Origin: Fibrobacteria bacterium
Lineage (GTDB): Bacteria; Fibrobacterota; Fibrobacteria; UBA11236
Length of the DNA stretch: 64,000 bases
NCBI GenBank assembly: GCA_041746255.1
Contig: JBGTHM010000032.1
Coordinates: 1-64,000 of the forward strand
Direction of reading: 5' to 3'
Made by a program: the position numbers and the translations under genes. The notes below the pieces were generated by a model. The model made no database searches and was not told the DNA's origin. It was given only the letters and a program-made list of their open reading frames with translations. Positions 51,487-59,213 of the stretch are shown here, piece by piece (position 1 is the first letter of the stretch; each line of letters opens with the position of its first letter).

Positions 51487-52548
51487 ATGGAAAAGAAAAT
51501 TTCCACGCAGGCGTCATTTTGGTTTATGGGTTTAGCGATGCTATTCTCCCTTGCTTCACCATTAACCGCAGAAATCCTGTGGTATGGCGATCCCGAAAAA
51601 CCTCTCGAGGAAAGTTTCAGGCAGTTGAATACCGAGGCTGGAGAAGACGGTTCAGCCATCGTTGTAAACGACCCTGATTATGGAAAAGTTTGGAAAGTAA
51701 ATAAACCAAAAAGCTCCAAGCGCGCTGAATTAGCCAGAACCACTCCCAAAAGCGAAGTAGGGGGATACACGATACGAGAGGGAGATAGGGTTTTCGTTGG
51801 GTGGCGGGTGAAAGTGGAGGTCGCCGGAAGTAATAAACCCGATTGTGGATTTGCCCTTTTCCAGTTGAAATCCCTGGGAAATGCACAGCAAAACCATCCC
51901 GTATCCTTGGATTATAACGTCGCCAAGGGAGTGTTGGCCGTACAGGGCATAGACCAAGGTTCCGGCTCTGTCGACTCCAGAAAATTTGATTTTGCCACCC
52001 ACCCGATGAAGGAAGGCGCCTGGATGACGGTTGTCCTGGGGCTCAAATTTTCCAGAGAGCCTAAATCCAAAAAAATAGGGTTTGTGGAAGCATGGATAAA
52101 CGGGGTTAAACGGAATCTTATCCATCAAAATGAACAGCAGCAATCGTATTTCCGGACCCATGATGATGATTTAATGTATTTCAAATGGGGAGCCTACAGT
52201 GCCTGCATCAGGTCCCATGACATAAACGTATACATGGGTGATATGCGGGTCGGCACCACCTTGGCATCGGTGATGGATCCGCTCCAAGGGAAAACCAATT
52301 CCGCCTTAAAACATCCTCGAGGTGAAGCGAACCAAGCAAAATCATTTTCACGCGGATTCGCTCTGGAACCCGGTTTCTTTCCCTCCGACATGTCACTTAT
52401 GGATGTGCGTGGCAAGGTTATCTGGTCACGTAAAAACGTAACAGCCAACCCAATTATGGAACAGGAACACCGGGAAAATGGGATGTTCATTCTGAAAATA
52501 AAAACCGAATCGGAACTTCATAATTTCAAATGGATAAATTCAAAATGA
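51487..52548 (+). CDS. Secreted polysaccharide-lyase-like jelly-roll protein with C-terminal sorting-like domain
   Basis: Signal peptide ending LTA; KRAEL, FQLK, GFVEAWING, YFKWGAY; DVRGKVI...GMFILKI. Confidence 0.7.
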   Translation: MEKKISTQASFWFMGLAMLFSLASPLTAEILWYGDPEKPLEESFRQLNTEAGEDGSAIVVNDPDYGKVWKVNKPKSSKRAELARTTPKSEVGGYTIREGDRVFVGWRVKVEVAGSNKPDCGFALFQLKSLGNAQQNHPVSLDYNVAKGVLAVQGIDQGSGSVDSRKFDFATHPMKEGAWMTVVLGLKFSREPKSKKIGFVEAWINGVKRNLIHQNEQQQSYFRTHDDDLMYFKWGAYSACIRSHDINVYMGDMRVGTTLASVMDPLQGKTNSALKHPRGEANQAKSFSRGFALEPGFFPSDMSLMDVRGKVIWSRKNVTANPIMEQEHRENGMFILKIKTESELHNFKWINSK

Positions 52549-52574
52549 AACCGATAATTTTGGAAAATACCGGA

Positions 52575-53678
52575 CTATTTAATCTCCAAGGGCAATGGTA
52601 AGAATTCGGTATTACCCCCCTTACTTTGCACCATGGCGAAAAATGCTCCTTTTTGAATATACTGCCTCGGAATAATCTGTGGACTCGTCACTTTATTAAA
52701 ACGCCACAATTCCCTCCCTTGTAAATTTTTGATGGAAATATCCAAGGGATATTTTTCTGCGGATAGGCTCAAACCAAGCGGAGTATGGTTGAGGACATAA
52801 GGTGAGGTTAATGCCCGGTTGCTCGGTCGGACACTATTAGGACTTTCCTTTTTCCCGTTTATGGTCGCACCGGTAACAAAAATTAGGGAGGTTTCCGCGG
52901 GTGTACTGCGGCCAAAATACATTCCCCAGCGAAAAGTAGATGAGCCATCGCGAGTGGAATAGGAGGACTTATAGGCTAATTCCCCATTGAAATACACTTC
53001 GGAATTCAATCCGTCATCGCGAATTTTGATATCAAAACTCTTGCCTCTGACATCCTTAGCGAGCGTTTTAGACGCCGACTTTAGATGATCCGCAATAAGT
53101 TCTCCAGAGGATTTCAATTTCAGCATGACGCTCCAGCAGCAGCCACCGTCTTTTACCTGAAAGATTCCGCAATAATGTGGACCCACGCATCCACGGACAT
53201 CCACGATGGTATAGGAACCTTCCCAAGTTTGCCATCCATCGCCTTTTTTAAAGCTGCTCCCATAAAAGGACTCAATTCGGGCAGCACCCTCTCGCTCGTT
53301 GCGGACATTGTATTCGCCCTTATGGATGCGGTAGACTTGTGTGTTTCCATCCTCTTGATACCAACGGGTCCATTTGGGAAATTCACTGCGAGGAATTTGG
53401 CTGCTTCCGGGGGAATGGATTTTGATATCCTGGGGTATTCCATGGCTTCCATAGGTCAGTTTGTCCATTAAATCATTATTAACATCAATGCGTGATCCCG
53501 TTATCCCATCGGTTGAATTATGCCCAATGGGGATTTGCTTATTTTTGATTATGGAGTCCCAAGTTGGGTCGGTTCCAATTTGCGTGTAATATTCCTGAGA
53601 GAAAACAGGCACATTAACAGCAATACAAAGTAAAAAAGCGGTTGTTGTCCGCTTGAGAATTTCAATATCGGCTCTCAT
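52575..53678 (-). CDS. Secreted PL7/PL20-like lyase-fold protein with C-terminal sorting-like domain
   Basis: Signal peptide ending VFS; ARIES, IFQVK, IRDDG..EVYFNG, FRWGMY; IKNLQGREL...GAFFAMV. Confidence 0.65.
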   Translation of the reverse strand: MRADIEILKRTTTAFLLCIAVNVPVFSQEYYTQIGTDPTWDSIIKNKQIPIGHNSTDGITGSRIDVNNDLMDKLTYGSHGIPQDIKIHSPGSSQIPRSEFPKWTRWYQEDGNTQVYRIHKGEYNVRNEREGAARIESFYGSSFKKGDGWQTWEGSYTIVDVRGCVGPHYCGIFQVKDGGCCWSVMLKLKSSGELIADHLKSASKTLAKDVRGKSFDIKIRDDGLNSEVYFNGELAYKSSYSTRDGSSTFRWGMYFGRSTPAETSLIFVTGATINGKKESPNSVRPSNRALTSPYVLNHTPLGLSLSAEKYPLDISIKNLQGRELWRFNKVTSPQIIPRQYIQKGAFFAMVQSKGGNTEFLPLPLEIK

Positions 53679-53760
53679 TTTGCATCCTATTCCTTTAAGC
53701 GACGTCTGCAATATGACAGTACTGGCTAGTTAATCAGAAGAAATGGGACTTGGATTATAA

Positions 53761-53782
53761 CTCGTTTCTTTTTGGAAACGAG
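53761..53782. promoter_or_regulatory. Palindrome CTCGTTTC-N6-GAAACGAG next to a minus-strand TATAAT
   Basis: 8-bp arms; core GTTTC-N6-GAAAC identical to the sites at 2715 and 2739; minus-strand TATAAT at 53754-53759 upstream of the lyase-like gene. Confidence 0.5.
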
Positions 53783-53835
53783 CGACGGGTAATGGCAGGA
53801 AAATACGGAAGCGTTTGCCCGCACGGAACGGGAAG

Positions 53836-55056
53836 TCAGGGAGCTTTTTTAAGGTCCTCGACAGTAACGCCGAGTAAATGGACCTCGTCGATCAGGCAGG
53901 ATTCGGCATCCTGAATCTGAAAGGAGATCCTTTCGACCTGAGTGTTAACATCACTCCAGGTAAGGCCTCTGCTGGTGGAAGAACCGTTCGGCTCAGGTTG
54001 CTTAAGATCTTCGGGGAAAACGAAATAGCGCTCCCATTGCGATGACAATGTGACCTCCGTAAAGACGGCAGGTTCTGGAGTGGAAATTGCTTGGGTAGCT
54101 GCCCTGATAGCCAATTTTCCCGGCCCCTTGGCGTAAAAAGAAATTCCTTTCAATTTGGACAGATTGTAATATCCTTTTCCGAATGGCATTAGGTAGGGCG
54201 CTCCGGTAACCACTGAGAGACTGCGTCCGGTAGGCCCGCCGAAATCTTCGACTGTGATGGGCATTTCGGAGGTTAATTTGCCTGCATTAATATCGGAAGC
54301 ATCGAATAATTGGCCTTTCAGTAAATTTTGCGAATAATCATTTTCAAAGTCGAAAAGCATCAGCGAGTCTGATAACAGGTTGATGATTCTGTAAACACTA
54401 TCGGATTGAATTCCGAGCCGTATCCTAAGTTGTTCAAAGTGATGGGGCTTTAGAGCGGTATTACGGGGAATAATTTGATAGTCGCCATCAGGAAGGGATG
54501 AAAAGTAGAAGGAACCCAATGAATCCAATTCGGCAAAAAACGGCGTTCCCGGAATGGTCAGCGTATCCCCTGATATAGAAGTCAATATCTTGCCGGCCAT
54601 TTTATTGGCGGGCAGTAAGTCCCATTCCTTTCCATTCAGTCTCTCCAATTCCGAAAATTTCACGGTAGGACTGATCAATATTGAATTCGAGTCGGACTGG
54701 TAGAACTGGAAGAATACCGAAGAATCGCCGCTGGATTCGGCCTCGCGCAACCAATCAGCGAGAGCGGATTTGTTCCATTCCAGTTTGAATTTACCCTTGG
54801 CATCGGTGCTGGTGGAGGCAAGCATGGGGTAATTTTTTGCAGGCTGAGTCGCCTGCGTATCGGGTGCGTATACGCCTCGCATCATGTAAACCAAGCCTGT
54901 ATTGACGAATTCTTCCTCGAAATAAACAGTCCCAGCAATGGAATTGGGATTATCAGTTCCCTGGGCATGCTTTTCGGTCGATTTCCCCAAAATGCAGGCA
55001 TTGAAAAAAAACGCTGCCACTAGGAGCAAAGCCAGCCGAATCAGGTAAATACTCAC
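53836..55056 (-). CDS. Lipoprotein with Ig-like/carboxypeptidase-regulatory-like and CBM11/CIA30-like domains
   Basis: GGAGA RBS plus GTG; lipobox FFNA|C; GTDNPNSIAG; IPGTPF..DSLGSFYFSSLPDGDY; DFEN, YNLSKLKGISFYAKG, W..V..ISF. Confidence 0.75.
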   Translation of the reverse strand: MSIYLIRLALLLVAAFFFNACILGKSTEKHAQGTDNPNSIAGTVYFEEEFVNTGLVYMMRGVYAPDTQATQPAKNYPMLASTSTDAKGKFKLEWNKSALADWLREAESSGDSSVFFQFYQSDSNSILISPTVKFSELERLNGKEWDLLPANKMAGKILTSISGDTLTIPGTPFFAELDSLGSFYFSSLPDGDYQIIPRNTALKPHHFEQLRIRLGIQSDSVYRIINLLSDSLMLFDFENDYSQNLLKGQLFDASDINAGKLTSEMPITVEDFGGPTGRSLSVVTGAPYLMPFGKGYYNLSKLKGISFYAKGPGKLAIRAATQAISTPEPAVFTEVTLSSQWERYFVFPEDLKQPEPNGSSTSRGLTWSDVNTQVERISFQIQDAESCLIDEVHLLGVTVEDLKKAP

Positions 55057-55090
55057 GATTTTTTCTCCAAATTCCGGACTTTTCCCGTCA

Positions 55091-55960
55091 TCAATTTTCT
55101 CTTGTGCTTTCAATCCAATGCTTACTAAGTGGGTAGAGTTGGACGCTAAAGGCGTAAACCGCTTCTCCCTCCTTGGATTCATTCGCCTCTGCCAGGAACT
55201 TTTGCCTTAATTCATCGATTTCCCAGCACATCTCGAGGTATTTTTTCCGGCTAACCGTAAAAGTACAATAACTCAAATGCCGCATTTCGACGGGCAGAGA
55301 ATCGCCCGCACTTATGGCTTTCAGTATCAATTCGGTCCGGGTACTTTTCAATACATGCGAGGGAAGCCCTTTGGAAGAGATGATCTCATCTGTCTGCGCA
55401 TATTTCCCTCCCGCTCTTTTTTTCAACAGGCCCAATTTTATAAGGGTATTAATACCCTCCTTCACTTGGGATTCGGACAACGGCGGATCAAAAAATTCTC
55501 CCATCCGTTGAAAGCTGCCGTACCACGGTGCGTAGACGGCCAGTTCACGCAAAACCTGTAGATACCATTTGTCAAAATAGGCGTATTGATCGGCTTGTAC
55601 GGCCGGTATATTATCCTTTGGGCGCAGGTTTTTTAAGTGCTGGAGAAATCCATTCTTCTCCACGTGGTCGTTGCTTTGATTGTAGAGGATAAGGGTATTG
55701 AAATATTCCTGCTCCTGCTTTCCGAATCCCAGTGATTTTCCGATTTTCAAGGCATTTTCAAGGGATAACTGGGACTGGCCCCGCAAAATTTTAAAGAGCA
55801 CGGTATGTGAATTGAAGTTCGATCTTTTCGCAAAATAACGCCATGAAAACTTGGGGTTCCGGGTCTTTTGATAATTGAAATAATCGTTTAAATAAATGAT
55901 AAAATTATCATATTCGAACAGGTCGAGCTTCGACGAATCTGCAACGGTATTTTGTTTCAT
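55091..55960 (-). CDS. TIGR02147 family protein (N-terminal HTH plus DUF4423), putative regulator
   Basis: LFEYDNFIIYLNDYF, FSWRYFAKR, EQEYFNTL, YFDKWYLQVLREL, LIKLGLL, VQLYPLS. Confidence 0.88.
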   Translation of the reverse strand: MKQNTVADSSKLDLFEYDNFIIYLNDYFNYQKTRNPKFSWRYFAKRSNFNSHTVLFKILRGQSQLSLENALKIGKSLGFGKQEQEYFNTLILYNQSNDHVEKNGFLQHLKNLRPKDNIPAVQADQYAYFDKWYLQVLRELAVYAPWYGSFQRMGEFFDPPLSESQVKEGINTLIKLGLLKKRAGGKYAQTDEIISSKGLPSHVLKSTRTELILKAISAGDSLPVEMRHLSYCTFTVSRKKYLEMCWEIDELRQKFLAEANESKEGEAVYAFSVQLYPLSKHWIESTREN

Positions 55961-56060
55961 CTTTACAGGTATTTCGTATTCAGGAGAAACTCTTCCCCTG
56001 GCTAGGCACACACTGAAAAATAGGCATTCCCAAGGAATCCGCCGGAAATTCCCAGAGTTG

Positions 56061-56080
56061 CTGTTCCCAACAGGGAACAA
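56061..56080. promoter_or_regulatory. Operator-like palindrome TGTTCCC-AACA-GGGAACA upstream of the TIGR02147 gene
   Basis: 7-bp perfect arms about 100 nt upstream of the TIGR02147 ATG; near-copy of 50061-50080. Confidence 0.6.
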
Positions 56081-56334
56081 ATTTAGTCCAAATTGGGTAC
56101 CCATCCTCGACTATTACCATAATACCCCAAAAAAAAGTCAATTTCATCGAGTAATTTTATCCGGAGCCGATGGGCGTGTGCCTTTTCCCCAGGCGAGGTC
56201 ATAGGCGCCAAATGAACTATCCGGTACACTTGGGATTGAACCAACTGGTACAAGTCTAACCTTCCGGGGTCGCTCCTCCGGGACCGTTCTCGCATCAAAG
56301 CGTTATTTTCAAGCAAAAATGGGATTTGGGGTTT

Positions 56335-56350
56335 TGGCATTGCAGTTGCT
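56335..56350 (+). promoter_or_regulatory. Sigma-54 (-24/-12) promoter
   Basis: TGGCAT-TGCAG-TTGCT, exact GG-N10-GC spacing, 63 nt upstream of an ATG with a GAGGAG RBS. Confidence 0.7.
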
Positions 56351-56412
56351 TTCTCCAGTTACAACCTCGATAACAGAGGCCTGGTTTGCTAAACCTGATG
56401 AGGAGATTGAAG

Positions 56413-56866
56413 ATGAATAAGACGATTATGAGTTCCCTGATAGCCGGTTGCCTTGCTCTAGGTCCGGCTACTGCCGGCAACCCCGATACGAAGATTGATC
56501 GGGAAACCAAGAAGGCTGAGTTTGAAGCAAAAATGGCCGAGTACAAAGCTGAACTCGAAGCTCGCAAAGGACGAAGAAATGCTGTATCTCTCCTGGGACA
56601 TTTCCCGTCGTTTGCAAGTTACCGGCAAACAAAAAGATCTTTCCCACGAAATGCGTAATCACTTCCCACATTCTCCATTTTTACCGGGATTTGGAACGAC
56701 GGTTGGCAGGCCTATGCCCGTGGTGAATACGGATACCGCTTTCTCACCTTACAGGCGGAGTGGGGAGTGGCTTACGACGCGCCGCGCCTTTTCGCGGAAA
56801 CCGCCCTGCAAAAGCTCGACTCTGCGGATACCTGGACCGTTGGTCAGGGAAGGCTTAGCCTATTAG
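56413..56866 (+). pseudogene. Frameshifted remnant of an exported protein
   Basis: Signal peptide MNKTIMSSLIAGCLALGPATA and a helical segment, then protein-like sequence continues in another frame (KDEEMLYLSWDISRRL...FPHSPFL). Confidence 0.45.
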
Positions 56867-57019
56867 GCAATTTCAATCCTGCGAAGGCGGGGGCGGTTGG
56901 ATCCGGGGGGTACATTTGCTTCGCTTCCGTGACGATTGGAAATCCGTGCTAATGAGCCACCACCACTTTTTTTTCTTCGAAAAATTCGCGTTGAGCGATT
57001 CCTTTTGAGGAGGCAGGCA

Positions 57020-57430
57020 CTGGCTGCAATTGCCGCGGTGCGCGACGGCGATTTTCGCGAAGACTTGTATTTCCGTCTCAACATCTTTCCCATTTTCGTG
57101 CCGTCGCTTTCGGATCGCACCGAGGATATCCCGGCGCTGGTGGATATTCTCTTGCGTAAGTTCAACCATTACCATGGACTGGGGGAGGGTTTTCTCACCC
57201 GGTTGATGGAATATGCGTGGCCCGGAAATGTGCGCGAGTTGGAGAATTGTCTGGCGCGCGCAAGCATCATGGCGGGCGAAGGCCCCTAGGAGGTCTCGCA
57301 CCTGCCGGAATATTTCCGTTCCAATCGCGTGCTCGAAAGCCCTACCGCTTTCAAGCTCCCCGAATCCGGCCTATCCCTGGAAGAACTGGAGAAAAACCTT
57401 ATTCTCCACGCCCTGGATCGACAGGGACTT
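57020..57430 (+). pseudogene. Fragment of a sigma-54-dependent enhancer-binding protein (NtrC/Fis family)
   Basis: GDFREDLYFRLNIFPI..PSLSDRTEDIP, YAWPGNVRELEN, in-frame TAG at 57287-57289, then SLEELEKNLILHAL; Walker A, GAFTGA and the Fis HTH are absent. Confidence 0.85.
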
Positions 57431-57450
57431 ATCGTAATATACTTCTACCC

Positions 57451-58833
57451 ATGCCCCCGGAAATTCTGCCCAGTTCCTTTCGCGATCCATCCGGATTCGT
57501 CTTCAAAAAGGATGGCGAGGTTTTCCGGCAGGTCAATTCCAGCTATAGCGAAAACTATTCCCGGTTAATCGACTCAGGACTCTATTCCCGTCTGGTGGAA
57601 AAAGGTTTACTGCTGAGCCATGAAGAAGTTGATTCCCTTTTCGTGGCGCCGGGTGGCTTCAAGGTATTACGACCTCGTCGTGTCCCATTTATAAGCTATC
57701 CCTTCGAATGGAGCTTTACCCAACTTAAAAATGCAGCTCTCACAACACTGGAAATTCAACGGGAATCCATGAAGTCGGGTCTGTCCCTCAAAGATGCGAG
57801 CGCCTACAACATCCAGTTCGTGGAAGGCCGGCCGATATTGATGGATACCTTGTCGTTCGAGGTTTTCGATCCGGGAAAACCCTGGGTGGCCTACCGGCAA
57901 TTTTGCCAGCATTTCCTGGCCCCCTTGCTGCTCATGCGCTATAAAGATGTGCGTTGCGGACTGCTGTCCCGGATTTTTCTGGACGGCATTCCCCTGGACA
58001 TGACCAGCGGAATGCTACCGAAACGAACGTATTTCCGATTTTCCATTTTCGCCCATATTCATCTGCATGCTTACTTCCAGGGTAAAAAAACCGGTGGTTC
58101 AGTCAAGCCGCGGAAGTTACCGGATAATGCCATTCCAGGATTGGTGGACGGTCTTTTCCGAGCGGTAAAAAACTTACAGCTGCCGGCGCTTAAATCCACT
58201 TGGTCCGATTATTATCACAATACCAATTATTCGGAAGCGGCTTTTCAGCATAAAACCTCGGTGGTAGGGGAATGGATACGCGCCGTAAAGCCTGCGCAGG
58301 TTTGGGATTTGGGGGCCAACACGGGTGCGTTCAGCCGGCTCGCGGCTCAAGAGAAAATTCCGGTAATGGCCTTCGACTTTGACGCGCGGGCGGTGGATAT
58401 CCATTATCAAGAACTGATGACGAAAGGCGAAAAGAACATTTTGCCCTTGGTGATGAACTTGGAAAACCCAAGTCCGGGGCTGGGTTGGGCAGGAAGAGAG
58501 CGAATGTCTTTGGGGGAGAGAGGGCCTGCCGACATGATTATGGCATTGGCGCTTATCCATCATTTGGCCATAGGAAACAATCTGCCCTTCCGGATGATAG
58601 CGGGCTATTTGGCCGAATGTTGCCATACCTTAATCATCGAGTTCATCGAAAAGGAAGACTCCCAGGTGGTGAGAATGCTGGTCCATCGCCAAGATGTATT
58701 CCAGGGCTACAACCGGGCCTCCTTTGAAGAAGAATTCGGTAATTTTTTCGAAATCTCCGAGACCACCGCCATTCAAGAATCCCAACGGGTATTGTATCTC
58801 ATGCGATCGAAGCGCCATTCCGCTCAGCCTTGA
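57451..58833 (+). CDS. NoeA-like protein: kinase-like N domain plus class I SAM methyltransferase
   Basis: SFRDPSGFVF, FISYPFEWS, LKDASAYN, MDTLSFE, WVAYRQFCQHFLAPL; WDLGANTG, LALIHHL; start at ATG 57451. Confidence 0.85.
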   Translation: MPPEILPSSFRDPSGFVFKKDGEVFRQVNSSYSENYSRLIDSGLYSRLVEKGLLLSHEEVDSLFVAPGGFKVLRPRRVPFISYPFEWSFTQLKNAALTTLEIQRESMKSGLSLKDASAYNIQFVEGRPILMDTLSFEVFDPGKPWVAYRQFCQHFLAPLLLMRYKDVRCGLLSRIFLDGIPLDMTSGMLPKRTYFRFSIFAHIHLHAYFQGKKTGGSVKPRKLPDNAIPGLVDGLFRAVKNLQLPALKSTWSDYYHNTNYSEAAFQHKTSVVGEWIRAVKPAQVWDLGANTGAFSRLAAQEKIPVMAFDFDARAVDIHYQELMTKGEKNILPLVMNLENPSPGLGWAGRERMSLGERGPADMIMALALIHHLAIGNNLPFRMIAGYLAECCHTLIIEFIEKEDSQVVRMLVHRQDVFQGYNRASFEEEFGNFFEISETTAIQESQRVLYLMRSKRHSAQP

Positions 58834-58929
58834 AATCCCCTGGGTAGGGTGGTAGTATCATCCTATCGAATATGCGTTACGCGAACAGGGTCGATTTTTC
58901 CTTCCATGATGGGGCTTGGGGTTAAGTAA

Positions 58930-59208
58930 ATGCCATACCCGGCGATGGTGATTTTGCTTTGGGCTGGTTTGGGTGAAGCCCAGGCTTATATTGATCCCGG
59001 TGTCGGTTCGGCTCTTTTCCAAGGCTTGTATGCGCTCCTCTTCGGCACTGTTTTCGCCTGGATCCTGAAGCCTTGGGTTTTTATCAAGGTATTTTTAAGC
59101 CGGTGGAGTAAGCGGGAAACGAGCGTGCCCGGCTCAGCGTCCCCGAAAAGCGGCCAAGCGGATCCTGATTCCGATAAGCGCTCGAACCCTTCCAAGCAAC
59201 GGGAATAA
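58930..59208 (+). CDS. Small membrane peptide with signal-like N-terminus and YIDPGVGS motif
   Basis: MVILLWAGLGEAQA|YIDPGVGSALFQGLYALLFGTVFAWILKPW..; similar to 31463-31648. Confidence 0.8.
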   Translation: MPYPAMVILLWAGLGEAQAYIDPGVGSALFQGLYALLFGTVFAWILKPWVFIKVFLSRWSKRETSVPGSASPKSGQADPDSDKRSNPSKQRE

Positions 59209-59213
59209 TCCGC

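Noticed and set aside
50061..56061. Exact 6000-bp spacing of the two palindromes, or their role as mobile-element ends
   Set aside because: The round number has no mechanistic meaning; no recombinase or target duplication; an operator role is simpler
57287..57289. Pyrrolysine or stop read-through at the in-frame TAG
   Set aside because: The gene also lacks its N-terminal ATPase motifs and its HTH, so ordinary decay explains it
57217..57450. 78-aa N-terminal extension of the NoeA-like ORF
   Set aside because: It overlaps the sigma-54 activator remnant in another frame; the family-like sequence starts at 57451
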